In this document: positions 1 to 9,764 of the stretch, one piece after another
How positions within the stretch are numbered: the stretch's first letter is position 1
Layout of the letters: the number at the start of each line of letters is the position of its first letter
Source: Chromatiales bacterium
GTDB lineage: Bacteria; Pseudomonadota; Gammaproteobacteria; Chromatiales; Chromatiaceae
Assembly: GCA_024762475.1 (NCBI GenBank)
Contig: JANTHJ010000001.1
Location: forward strand, 24,510 to 88,509
Reading direction: 5' to 3'
DNA: 64,000 bases
The notes under the pieces: generated by a model
Database searches by the model: none
Told to the model about the DNA's origin: nothing
The model's input: the letters and a program-made list of their open reading frames with translations, nothing else
Position numbers and translations under genes: made by a program

Positions 1-559
1 CCAGCTGCCCCGGAGCGGACATCGGCATCCAGGGCGGCGGCGGTGGAGGCGGGGGCGGGCCGTACTGAGGCGGCATCGGCATTGGCGGCGCGTAACCGGC
101 CGCCCACGGCGATGGAGGCACCCAAGGCGCCATAGGCATCGGTCTCCGTACCGCGTAACCCCAACCCCAGGGCGGCGCAGGCGCCGCCACCGGAGGCTGG
201 GGCGCTCTGGCGACCAGGGGTGGTGAGATCGGACGCCAGGCGTACTGACGCGCGAAGGCAGGCGCCCCATATTGGCCACTGGGCGCAGGCATGCTTCCGC
301 CGCGCGGCGGGTAGGAAGCATAAGGGCTGGACATGCCACGCGGTGGCATGCGTGCAGCAAGCCCCTGCGCCACAGGTCGGAACTGGGAAGGCAGTACAGC
401 AGGCGGCGGGGGCGGCGGTGGAATCCTGCGCTGTTCTTGTTCAGCGGATATGTCACTCGGCCTCCACTCGGCTCCGACTGCCGCATGGCTTGCCTGCAAG
501 GGTACGAGGGTCAGGATACAGGAGGCACAGAGATTCCGAATACGACGATTGAACTTCAT
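1..559 (-). CDS. Secreted proline-rich hypothetical protein (runs off the window start; 3' end missing)
   Basis: Not in the ORF track. Manual translation from ATG at 559 gives MKFNRRIRNLCASCILTLVPLQASHA (signal-peptide-like), then poly-Pro/Tyr/Trp/Gly-rich sequence with no stop to position 1. Confidence 0.75.
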   Translation of the reverse strand, partial: MKFNRRIRNLCASCILTLVPLQASHAAVGAEWRPSDISAEQEQRRIPPPPPPPAVLPSQFRPVAQGLAARMPPRGMSSPYASYPPRGGSMPAPSGQYGAPAFARQYAWRPISPPLVARAPQPPVAAPAPPWGWGYAVRRPMPMAPWVPPSPWAAGYAPPMPMPPQYGPPPPPPPPPWMPMSAPGQL

Positions 560-699
560 TCTTCACACTCGACTAGTTGCTGAACATGCCGCCGATTCTG
601 CCGGTCTCCGCATGATAACGGGCCGCACGGCAATCGCCCGGCAAGAACTGGACGCGCAGGACCGACTCCAGCCATGAATGGCATTCCCCTCGTCCTCGC

Positions 700-1395
700 T
701 CAATAAGGCCAAAGGGGCGGCGCAAGTAATGGTGAAGCAGGATACGGCAATTGGGGATAGGGCGCCACGGGTACCGGCATCTGCGGATAGGGTGGCACGG
801 CCACCGGCGGCGGCAAAGTACTGTACCCGTAAGGAAGACCCAGATAAGGGTTCGGCGCCGGCATAGCGCCGTATCCGTAGGGGCTGCCTAGGTAGGGCGT
901 CGGTGGCGCCAGCGGTACTGCGGGAGGCGCAACGGCATAGGGGAGCGACCCCCATCCCTGATAACCGGTAATCGGCCACTGGGCATAAGGCGCCACGGTG
1001 CTCGGTGCGGGGGCCGTCGTGGCAGCTTCCCGTTCTGTCAGATGACGTCGCCTTATTGGCCGAAACTGCGAATCGAGTGCGCCATCGTCCTCCGCCTGAA
1101 CCACCTGGATTGCCGCGGGCCGGGCCGAGATCAGCGGAGCGGCCACGTCGACACTGGCAAGCGGCAGCGCCACTGCCGGCATCCGAATCATGCGTCTGGA
1201 AAGCACCTGTGAGCGACGAGACAGCAACCCGCCATGCTCCAATGGGCGGAACTGGTGGCGCGCCGAAGGTAAACCACCAAGGACAGCTCCACCGGCGGCC
1301 TTGGGCGGCTCACCCGGCAGCATCGTCAACACCACCACCATGCCGCACAAGCCGGCAACACGGGACCACCACCTTTGGCTCCTGCTGACTTTCAT
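700..1395 (-). CDS. Secreted proline/tyrosine-rich hypothetical protein
   Basis: Track ORF 700..1488; likely start MKVSRSQRWW at 1395 with a hydrophobic leader; two QFRP motifs and PYLGxPYGY repeats. Confidence 0.7.
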   Translation of the reverse strand: MKVSRSQRWWSRVAGLCGMVVVLTMLPGEPPKAAGGAVLGGLPSARHQFRPLEHGGLLSRRSQVLSRRMIRMPAVALPLASVDVAAPLISARPAAIQVVQAEDDGALDSQFRPIRRRHLTEREAATTAPAPSTVAPYAQWPITGYQGWGSLPYAVAPPAVPLAPPTPYLGSPYGYGAMPAPNPYLGLPYGYSTLPPPVAVPPYPQMPVPVAPYPQLPYPASPLLAPPLWPY

Positions 1396-1623
1396 TACAC
1401 GGTTTTCCGACCAGTAGCAGACGGAACTGTCCCCTCGAAACGCCTCCCCAATCGGACCCGTCGCCGACGGGCCACCGATTGACCACATATTGCCTATCTA
1501 TCTAACTAAGGCTAACTATAGTCACTACGGCCGCCCGCTGCCGATACGGGCGACGTCCCAGCGGATGAGAGTCGTCACTTCGCCAGAGCGGTCGGGTTGA
1601 AAATAGGGGTTGGTCGGGCTGGA

Positions 1624-4600
1624 TCAACCCAGGCCGTCATCGCTCAGGTTGTCGGGTGCCTTCAAGCGGATGCCACGCCGCGTACGGCCGTTTTCATCCT
1701 TGCCTTCGTCCTTCTTTTCGGGAGTGGAAGGCTTCTTCACGGGTTTTGTAGCCACCTTAGCGGCCGCCTTTGCCTGCTTTTTCTTGGTGTTACCGCCCTT
1801 CCGGTTCGACGCCTTCTTCGCCACTTTCTTCTTGGCTGTCTTCTTTGCCGCCTTTTTCTTCGCGGTCTTCTTCGCCGCCTGTTTTTTTGGCGCCGAGGTC
1901 ACAACCGGCGCTTCCGCCTGCGGCTGCGACTGTTCCGGCACCTCGGTCTGAGGCTCAGGCTCAGAACCCGTATCTGCACTGGGCGCCGGCGCTGAAGGTA
2001 CAGGCTGCTGCTCCGCCCGGCTGCCCCCCTGTGCAGGCGCCTGATCGGCCGCCAACTGCACGCCATTCGCGGGAGCGCCGGCAACGGCGGCCCCGGAAAC
2101 GGAGGGATTACTGGCGGGTGCAGACGGCGTTGCATCGGCCTTTGCGGCGCGGCGCTCCTTGAGTCCCGCAAACCAGGACACCAGCGCCCCCACCAGGCCA
2201 ACCAGTGCAAAAACCCCGCTCATCAAACCACCCCAGGCACTAACCCAGAGCGGCGTACCCGCTTCCTCTCCGTGCTCCCGCGGGTGCGTCTGCTCGGGCA
2301 ACAATCCCTTGGCCGCACAATCCACATTGGCCACATCACAAAGCGACTCAGCGGCATTGGCGCATCCCAGCGGGATGACGATCAGAGTCAGAATGGTGGA
2401 GACCAGCACGCCGGAAGCCAACGAGATGGCCATGCCCTGGAAGATGGGATCGAAGAAGATGACCGACGAGCCGCCCACCAGCGCCAGTGCGGTGATCACG
2501 ATCGGCCGGGTCCGCACCTTACAGGCCCCGATCACCGCCTCCACGACACCCACACCCTCCCGGAGCTTGTGTACCGAGAAGTCCACCAGCAGGATAGAGT
2601 TGCGCACGATGATGCCCGCCAAGGCAATCCAGCCGATCATCGAGGTGGCGGTGAATTCGCCCCCCCAGCCCATCTGGAAGAACAGCATATGGGCGGGGAT
2701 GATGCCGAGTAAGGTCAGCGGGATCGGCGCCATGATCAGGGCGGGCACCCGGAAATTGCCGAATTCCCACACCACCAGGATATAGATGAAGGCCAATGCG
2801 GCGATGAAGGCCAGGCCCATGTCGCGGAAGGTCTCATAGGTCACCGTCCACTCGCCGGCCCATTCCACCCCGGAATGCTCATCCGTGGGCGGCGGCCCAG
2901 TCCAATAGAAATGGTCGCACAGACGCACCCCATCCGGCGTCTCACAGCCCACTTCCTCGAGCTTGTCCATCACCTCGAACATGCCATAGATAGGGGCCGC
3001 CAGCTTGCCGCCGACATCGGCAACGACGTACTCCACCGGCCGCAAATCCTTGTGGTAGGCGATAGGAGATTCCCGGCGCCGCTCGAAGGTTCCCAGCTCA
3101 CGCAGGGGTATCGCCTTCCCGTCCGGCGTTGGCACCAGAATGTCGCCCAGGCGGGACACGTTGGAACGTTCCGCCAGCGGAATCTGGATCACGATCGCGA
3201 TGGGCTCATGACCCGCGCGCTGTTTCACATCACCCAGTACCACGCCGCCGAGGGCCATGCCGAGCTCGCGATTGATCGCCTCTACCGTGATGCCTCGGCG
3301 CTGGGCCTTCTCGTAGTCGATTTCGAAGTGCCAGTAGTCGTAGGGATCGCGCATGTAGTCGTCGACATCCACCAGGCTCTTCGTCTGACGGAAGATATCG
3401 GTCAGCATGGTGGCGACCTTGCGCCGGGTATCGGGGTCCGGCCCATGCACCTCCGCGACTACCGATTCGAGCACAGGAGGACCGGGGGGCATCTCCACTA
3501 CCGCAAAGGTCGCCCCACTGCCTTCCACAATTTTTTTGACCTCCTCGCGCGCGGCGACGGCGATCTCGTGACTGGTTCGCTTACGCTCCGTCTTGTCGAG
3601 GAGATTGATCTGCACCTCGGCCTGCCAAGGCTCGTTACGCAGATAATAGTGACGCACCATGCCATTGAAATCGAAAGGTCGGGCCGTGCCTACATAGATC
3701 TGGGCGTTGACCACCTCGGGCATACGCCGCAACCGATCCGCGATCCGGTGGGCCGTATTGCTGGTAACGGCGAGCGCCGTGCCATCGGGCATGTTCAGTA
3801 CAACTGCAAATTCCGGCTTGTTGTCCAGCGGCAGCATCTTGACTGCCACCCACTTGAAATAGAAGAAACTGCAGGTAAACAGAAAAATCGCCCACATGGT
3901 GAGACGGAACAGCCTCGCCTTTCGCGGATTCTGGATCATCGGCGTCAGAATGCGCCGATACAGACCATCGAGCCTCTCAGCCATCGCCTGTTCGCGTTTC
4001 TCGGCCGACTCTAGGTATTTCATGCTGGGCCGGAAGATGCCGTGGTTGGCCAACCAGGGCGTGAACACAAAGGCGGCGAAGAGGGACACTGCCATCGCCA
4101 CCGAGCCCAGCACCGGTATGGGCAGCATGTAAGGTCCCATCATGCCACTCACGAACCCCATGGGCAGCAGGGCGCCGATGACCGTCCCAGTGGCCAGGAT
4201 CGTGGGATTGCCCACCTCGCGCACTGCATCCACCGCAATGGCCATATCCGTGCTTTCTGATTCGAGCCAACGGCGATAGATGTTCTCGACCACCACGATG
4301 GCATCATCCACCAGGATGCCGATGGAGAAGATCAGGGCAAACAGCGACACCCGGTTGATGGAGAAATCGAGCAGCCAGGCGACGAAGAGAGTGAACAACA
4401 GCACCACTGGGATGACCAGCAGGACCACGATCGCGGGCTTGAGCGCCCGGAAGGCGCCCCAGATGAGCAGGAATACGATGCCGGTTGCGACGAACAGCTT
4501 GAAGATCAGCTCATTGACCTTGTCCTCGGCGGTCTTGCCATAGTTACGGGTCACAGTGACATTGACATCATTGGGGATCAGCACGCTCCTGAGGTCGTTC

Positions 4601-5637
4601 ACCCGGGCGATGACCTCCTGTGCCACCTTTACGCCATTGGCGCCCTTCTTCTTGGCTACCGCAATCGTCACCGCAGGCACTGCCACCGCCTTGTTCAAGT
4701 CTCCGCTGGCGGCACCGGAATAGAAGGCAACCAGCTGCTTGGCGTCCTCAGGGCCTTGGCGCACGTCAGCCACGTCGTGGACATAGACGGGGACACCATT
4801 GTGAATGCCCAGCTGCAGGGACTTGATATCCTCGACGGTCTTGAGAAAGGCACCGGAGACGACGATGAGATGGGACCCACCTGACTCGACGTCCCCCATC
4901 TCCTGCTCGATGTTGGCGCCCTTGATGGCGGCGGCCACCTGACTGAGGCTCAGGCCATAACCGGCAAGTCGCTCGGGATAGACCTCGATGATGACCTGCT
5001 CGGCACGCCCGCCGACCACGAAGCTGTTCCCCGTCTCCGGAATTTCATTCAGTTTCTGCAATACGGACTGGGCCAGCCGCCGCAGCTGCGAATCGTCCAC
5101 GTCCGGTATGCCATCGTGGTTGTAGTCCTTGTCCGACCACAGGGTCACCGTCACCACTGGCACGTCGTCGATGCCCTTGGCCTTGACCAGCGGCTGCATC
5201 ACGCCGGGCGGAATCTTGTCCTGGTTGGAGGCGAGCTTGTCGTTGACCTTGACCAGCGAAGGCCCCATCTCCTCGCCCACCTTGAACTGGACGGTCACGA
5301 CACCCCGGCCCCGTTCAGCGGCCGAGTAGACGTGCTTCACTCCGCCGATCTCGTACATGAGACGTTCCAACGGCTGGATGGCGAGCGAGACCACCTGATC
5401 CACGTCGGCGCCCGGATATTGCACGAACAGGTCGATCATCGGCACCGAGATCTGGGGATCCTCTTCGCGTGGCGTTATGAGCAAGCCCAGGATGCCCAAT
5501 CCAAGCATCGCCAGATACAGCAGCGGCGCCAGCGGAGAATCGATGAAGAAGCGCGCGACCGAACCTGCGATCCCCAGGCTGTGTTCTTCCGCCTCTACGC
5601 CGGATTCCCAGTCGGGCTTGGTGTCCATCTCACTCAT
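1624..5637 (-). CDS. RND efflux transporter permease (AcrB/CusA-like) with long C-terminal extension
   Basis: PREEDPQI N-terminal motif, GILVDDAIVVVENI (TM4), GIIVRNSILLVDF and RTRPIVIT motifs; start moved to MSEMDTK at 5637. Confidence 0.95.
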   Translation of the reverse strand: MSEMDTKPDWESGVEAEEHSLGIAGSVARFFIDSPLAPLLYLAMLGLGILGLLITPREEDPQISVPMIDLFVQYPGADVDQVVSLAIQPLERLMYEIGGVKHVYSAAERGRGVVTVQFKVGEEMGPSLVKVNDKLASNQDKIPPGVMQPLVKAKGIDDVPVVTVTLWSDKDYNHDGIPDVDDSQLRRLAQSVLQKLNEIPETGNSFVVGGRAEQVIIEVYPERLAGYGLSLSQVAAAIKGANIEQEMGDVESGGSHLIVVSGAFLKTVEDIKSLQLGIHNGVPVYVHDVADVRQGPEDAKQLVAFYSGAASGDLNKAVAVPAVTIAVAKKKGANGVKVAQEVIARVNDLRSVLIPNDVNVTVTRNYGKTAEDKVNELIFKLFVATGIVFLLIWGAFRALKPAIVVLLVIPVVLLFTLFVAWLLDFSINRVSLFALIFSIGILVDDAIVVVENIYRRWLESESTDMAIAVDAVREVGNPTILATGTVIGALLPMGFVSGMMGPYMLPIPVLGSVAMAVSLFAAFVFTPWLANHGIFRPSMKYLESAEKREQAMAERLDGLYRRILTPMIQNPRKARLFRLTMWAIFLFTCSFFYFKWVAVKMLPLDNKPEFAVVLNMPDGTALAVTSNTAHRIADRLRRMPEVVNAQIYVGTARPFDFNGMVRHYYLRNEPWQAEVQINLLDKTERKRTSHEIAVAAREEVKKIVEGSGATFAVVEMPPGPPVLESVVAEVHGPDPDTRRKVATMLTDIFRQTKSLVDVDDYMRDPYDYWHFEIDYEKAQRRGITVEAINRELGMALGGVVLGDVKQRAGHEPIAIVIQIPLAERSNVSRLGDILVPTPDGKAIPLRELGTFERRRESPIAYHKDLRPVEYVVADVGGKLAAPIYGMFEVMDKLEEVGCETPDGVRLCDHFYWTGPPPTDEHSGVEWAGEWTVTYETFRDMGLAFIAALAFIYILVVWEFGNFRVPALIMAPIPLTLLGIIPAHMLFFQMGWGGEFTATSMIGWIALAGIIVRNSILLVDFSVHKLREGVGVVEAVIGACKVRTRPIVITALALVGGSSVIFFDPIFQGMAISLASGVLVSTILTLIVIPLGCANAAESLCDVANVDCAAKGLLPEQTHPREHGEEAGTPLWVSAWGGLMSGVFALVGLVGALVSWFAGLKERRAAKADATPSAPASNPSVSGAAVAGAPANGVQLAADQAPAQGGSRAEQQPVPSAPAPSADTGSEPEPQTEVPEQSQPQAEAPVVTSAPKKQAAKKTAKKKAAKKTAKKKVAKKASNRKGGNTKKKQAKAAAKVATKPVKKPSTPEKKDEGKDENGRTRRGIRLKAPDNLSDDGLG

Positions 5638-5680
5638 ATTTTCACTTTGCTCATGGCGACCATCCGTAATCTGCCGCCTC

Positions 5681-6892
5681 TCAGCCCTTTTCCTTCGCTT
5701 CGCCCGCGCCGGCCGGCGCGGGCTTGATCTCGTTGAGCAAGGTGGGACCCGGATGGACGAAGACCCGATCACCTTCGGCAATACCCGAGAGCACCTCGGT
5801 CATGCCATTGGGCAGACGGCGCCCCTCGCGGATCATCCGCAGCTCGGGGCCGCCTTCGGCATCCCGCACATATACCACCGGCAGGTTGCCACGATAGAGA
5901 ATGGCCGAAGTGGGAATGACCGGGAGCCGTTTGGCGCTGGCAGCCGCCTGCGAGGTATCGGGCACCAGCACCTTTGCATACATGCCTGGCTTGGAGACGC
6001 CCTTCGGGACATCGAACTTCACCTTTACTGTATGGCGCTGGGGATCGGCCATCGGGAAGATCTGCGCGACCCGCACGTCGACCGGATCCGGATGGTCGTC
6101 AAAGGTGGCCGCCTTGCGCAGAATCAGCATCGGCTTCAGACCCTGGGCAAGACGCGCCGGCAGATCGACCTCTACCTGCAACCAGGTCACATCACCGAAA
6201 TCCAGCAGCGGTTGCCCGGGCTGGACGGTATCCCCTTCCTCCACATACTTGCTCAGGATCACGCCATCGAAGGGGGCGACGCTCTTGGTATCACGCAACT
6301 TGGCATCGATCGCCTGGATTTCCGATGCCGCCCGCAGCATGGCGCTGCGCGCCTGCTCGACGCGGGTGGTCGAGGCGTAGAGATCCGCCGATCGCTCTGC
6401 GCCCCGGTCACGTTCCCCGAAGAAGTCCTCCGCAGGTCGGGTGAACATCTGGTCGAACAGATTGGGAATTCCCATGCCGCCCGGCGCGGCCTTGGTGCGC
6501 GGCGACCAGAGCTCTCGCGTGTATTGGACACCGGCGTTACTCAGTTGTGCCTGGGCCGACTGGTACTGGGCATAGGCAGCGGCGCGCTTGGCCAATAGTT
6601 CAGCTTCGTCCAGGGCGACCAGCAGCGACCCCTGCTTGAAATAGTCTCCCTCGACCCCGGCGACGTATTTCACCCGACCCGGCAATTGTGCCGCCAGGGT
6701 CACCTGGCGATAGGGGACCACGCTGCCTCCGATTGCGACCGAAGGAACCTGACTGGACGACCTGACCTCGAAGACCTCACCATTTGCCGCGTTCGCCGAA
6801 TCCGCCACCTTGGCAGATTCGTCCGCGAGAGCAGTGCCCGGGCTCAGAACACTCCATACACCCACAACAGCCGCAGTCAGGATTCTACGCAT
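5681..6892 (-). CDS. RND periplasmic adaptor (membrane fusion protein)
   Basis: Signal peptide MRRILTAAVVG; lipoyl-like halves (VEGDYFKQG; APFDGVILSKYVEEGDTVQPGQPL); FPMADPQRHTVKV; directly upstream of the RND permease. Confidence 0.93.
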   Translation of the reverse strand: MRRILTAAVVGVWSVLSPGTALADESAKVADSANAANGEVFEVRSSSQVPSVAIGGSVVPYRQVTLAAQLPGRVKYVAGVEGDYFKQGSLLVALDEAELLAKRAAAYAQYQSAQAQLSNAGVQYTRELWSPRTKAAPGGMGIPNLFDQMFTRPAEDFFGERDRGAERSADLYASTTRVEQARSAMLRAASEIQAIDAKLRDTKSVAPFDGVILSKYVEEGDTVQPGQPLLDFGDVTWLQVEVDLPARLAQGLKPMLILRKAATFDDHPDPVDVRVAQIFPMADPQRHTVKVKFDVPKGVSKPGMYAKVLVPDTSQAAASAKRLPVIPTSAILYRGNLPVVYVRDAEGGPELRMIREGRRLPNGMTEVLSGIAEGDRVFVHPGPTLLNEIKPAPAGAGEAKEKG

Positions 6893-7283
6893 GGTCTCTA
6901 CAAGGTCCTTGTGGCGGCGCGAACAGCGAGGTCTAGCGCCGGAAGTATCGTTATGGTTCTGCACTTGACGGAATCGCGGCAACCTGCACCCGGCGAGCCC
7001 GAGAGATGGCGGCCAGCGGGGACCGCACGGAATCCGGGTGATTATCCCTCACCGAAGCGCCGCTTTGCAATTGATCGCGGTTAGATCTCCGCGACCAGCC
7101 GATCGATACCCCTCACACCCAGATAGCGTATAGCTCGTCGGGAGGAGGGAGTCAGAGATATTGGTAAAAACCCTAAACGACGGGAAAGCCCGGCACCCCC
7201 GATCTTCCCGATAACCCTACCCACGGCCCCTGTCAGAGGATAACATCGGTCACCATGGAAACCGCGCGGCCAAAGGGAGCCAC

Positions 7284-8768
7284 ATGACCGGCAGCAATGT
7301 GATCGAGCACCGCCTGAAACAACTGGAAACCCATCTCGAGCAGGAAAACCCGGTGCTGCTCAATGCAGTACAGAGCTTTCGCAAGCTCGACCTGGTGACC
7401 CGCCACATGGGCCTGATCGACGAAGACCAGTCGCATGCCACCCACATACCCTGGTGGCCGCTGATTTCGGTCCTCGGCACGTTCTCGGCCGGCAAGTCGA
7501 CCTTCATCAACGACTACCTGGGCGAGAAGCTGCAACGCAGCGGCAACCAGGCGGTCGATGACAAATTCACGGTCATCTGCTACAGCAAGCAGAGCGAGCC
7601 GCACACCCTGCCCGGTGTGGCGCTGGACTCCGACCCTCGCTTCCCCTTCTACAAGATCAGTGCCGAGATCGAAAAGGTCGCGGCCGGAGAGGGCTCACGT
7701 ATCGACGCCTACCTGCAGCTCAAGACCTGCGGCAGCGAACGATTGCGGGGCAAGATCATCATCGATTCACCGGGGTTCGATGCAGACGCGCAACGCACCT
7801 CCACCCTGCGCATCACCGATCACATGATCGACCTGTCGGACCTGGTGCTGGTGTTCTTCGATGGCCGCCATCCCGAGCCGGGCGCGATGCGCGATACCCT
7901 CGATCATCTGGTCGACCAGACGATACGCCGCCCCGATTCAGGCAAGTTCCTCTATATCCTGAATCAACTCGACACCACCGCCCGGGAGGACAACCCGGAA
8001 GAGGTGGTCGCCGCCTGGCAACGGGCCCTGGGAGAGCGCGGACTCACTGCGGGCCGCTTTTTCACCGTGTATAGCAAATCGGCCGCCAACCCCATCGAGG
8101 ACCCGGCACTGCGCGAGCGCTTCGAAAAAAAGCGCGATGCCGACCTGGCAGAGATCTACGCCCGCATGCAGCAGGTGGAGGTGGAGCGCGCCTACCGTAT
8201 CGTCGGCAGTCTCGAGAAGACCGCCCGCGATATCGAGGAGAAGACCATTCCGGCATTGCTGGAACTGATCACCACCTGGCGCAGGCGCACCCTGGTCGGG
8301 GACGCCATGGTTCTGTTACTGGCAGTGGCCCTGTTCATATTCGGCTCTGTCGAGTTCGGACAATGGGAGGGATGGCAGTACAAGGCCGGCTGGTGGACCT
8401 GGCTCACCGAAACCCCGCTACGCATGTTCCTGGGTGCCCTCGGGGCCTATATCGTTTGGCTTGCGCTGCACTATGGCGTGCGCCATCTGGCGGCCCGCTC
8501 CGTGGCGCGCCTGGCCCGTAAAATAGGCGAATCACGCGGCATCCGTGGAGATCTGGCCGCCGCGTTTCTTGTCAACACGGTGCCATGGCGCAGCATCTTC
8601 AGCAAGAAACCGCGCGGGTGGAGACGGCGCGACCGGCAGCGCATCGCCGAGGTGCTCGAGGACACGGATCGGTACGTGCAGGACCTCAACGACAGCTTCA
8701 CCGATCCTTCCGGCTCGCCCAGGATGGCAGAGGAATCGTTGTCCGAGCCCGCCCCCAAGGAGGCATGA
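7284..8768 (+). CDS. Dynamin/EHD-like GTPase with C-terminal membrane segments
   Basis: G1 GTFSAGKST, G3 DSPG, G4-like NQLD; two hydrophobic segments near the C-terminus; GGAG RBS. Confidence 0.85.
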   Translation: MTGSNVIEHRLKQLETHLEQENPVLLNAVQSFRKLDLVTRHMGLIDEDQSHATHIPWWPLISVLGTFSAGKSTFINDYLGEKLQRSGNQAVDDKFTVICYSKQSEPHTLPGVALDSDPRFPFYKISAEIEKVAAGEGSRIDAYLQLKTCGSERLRGKIIIDSPGFDADAQRTSTLRITDHMIDLSDLVLVFFDGRHPEPGAMRDTLDHLVDQTIRRPDSGKFLYILNQLDTTAREDNPEEVVAAWQRALGERGLTAGRFFTVYSKSAANPIEDPALRERFEKKRDADLAEIYARMQQVEVERAYRIVGSLEKTARDIEEKTIPALLELITTWRRRTLVGDAMVLLLAVALFIFGSVEFGQWEGWQYKAGWWTWLTETPLRMFLGALGAYIVWLALHYGVRHLAARSVARLARKIGESRGIRGDLAAAFLVNTVPWRSIFSKKPRGWRRRDRQRIAEVLEDTDRYVQDLNDSFTDPSGSPRMAEESLSEPAPKEA

Positions 8769-9664
8769 AGCAGGCCCGCATCGGTATCGACCTGGGCGGC
8801 ACCAAGATCGAGGGGGCGCTACTGCTGCCCGACGGCTCACTGGCCAGGCGGATTCGCGTCGCCACGCCGCAGGGTGACTACCAGGCCACCCTGGATGCCA
8901 TCGCGGCACTGGCGGAGCGGCTCGACCCGGGAGGCGATCTTCCATTGGGCATCGGCACCCCCGGCTCACGGTCACCCGCCACCGGCTTGATGCGCAATGC
9001 CAACTCCACCTGCCTGAACGGCAGGCCCCTACTGGACGACCTGCGTGCATGCTCGGGCCGCCGCGTGAGAATGGCCAACGATGCGGACTGCTTTGCCCTG
9101 TCCGAGGCAATCGACGGTGCGGCGCGGCATGCACGCACCGTTTTCGGGGTGATCATCGGCACTGGCACCGGGGCAGGCATCGTGGTCGACGGACAGCTTC
9201 TTTCGGGCCCCAATGCCATTGCCGGCGAATGGGGACACAATCCCCTGCCCTGGCCGACCGACGCCGAGCTGCCCGGCCCACCCTGCTACTGTGGCAAGCG
9301 GGGCTGCATCGAGACCTATCTTTCCGGCCCCGGCATGTGCCGCGACCATGGCAGCGAACTGGACGCCCCGTCCGTCGTCGCCGCGGCCGAGTCCGGAGAT
9401 CCCGATGCGCGTGCGACCCTGGATCGCTATTGCGACCGCCTCGCGCGAGCCCTGGCGAGCGTAATCAACATCCTCGACCCGGACGCCATCGTGCTCGGTG
9501 GCGGCATGGGGCAAATCGAGGTCCTGTACGACGCATTGCCCCAACGCCTGCCCCAGTATCTCTTTGCCGACACCTGCAACACGCGGATCCTGCGGCCGCA
9601 ACATGGTGACTCCAGCGGCGTGCGCGGCGCCGCCTGGCTCTGGCCGCTGCACCAGCCCAGCTGA
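8765..9664 (+). CDS. ROK family sugar kinase (fructokinase/Mak-like)
   Basis: IGIDLGGTKIE, NDADCFALSEA, GEWGH, CYCGKRGCIE; ATGA overlap with the preceding gene. Confidence 0.93.
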   Translation: MKQARIGIDLGGTKIEGALLLPDGSLARRIRVATPQGDYQATLDAIAALAERLDPGGDLPLGIGTPGSRSPATGLMRNANSTCLNGRPLLDDLRACSGRRVRMANDADCFALSEAIDGAARHARTVFGVIIGTGTGAGIVVDGQLLSGPNAIAGEWGHNPLPWPTDAELPGPPCYCGKRGCIETYLSGPGMCRDHGSELDAPSVVAAAESGDPDARATLDRYCDRLARALASVINILDPDAIVLGGGMGQIEVLYDALPQRLPQYLFADTCNTRILRPQHGDSSGVRGAAWLWPLHQPS

Positions 9665-9764
9665 GGTTATAGAATTACCAATTATCATTTCGAGCGTAGG
9701 CGCGGGGAATCTCTCCGTCCTATCGCTGATCTAAAGGATTAACCGGACTCGGTGGATCGTATCG

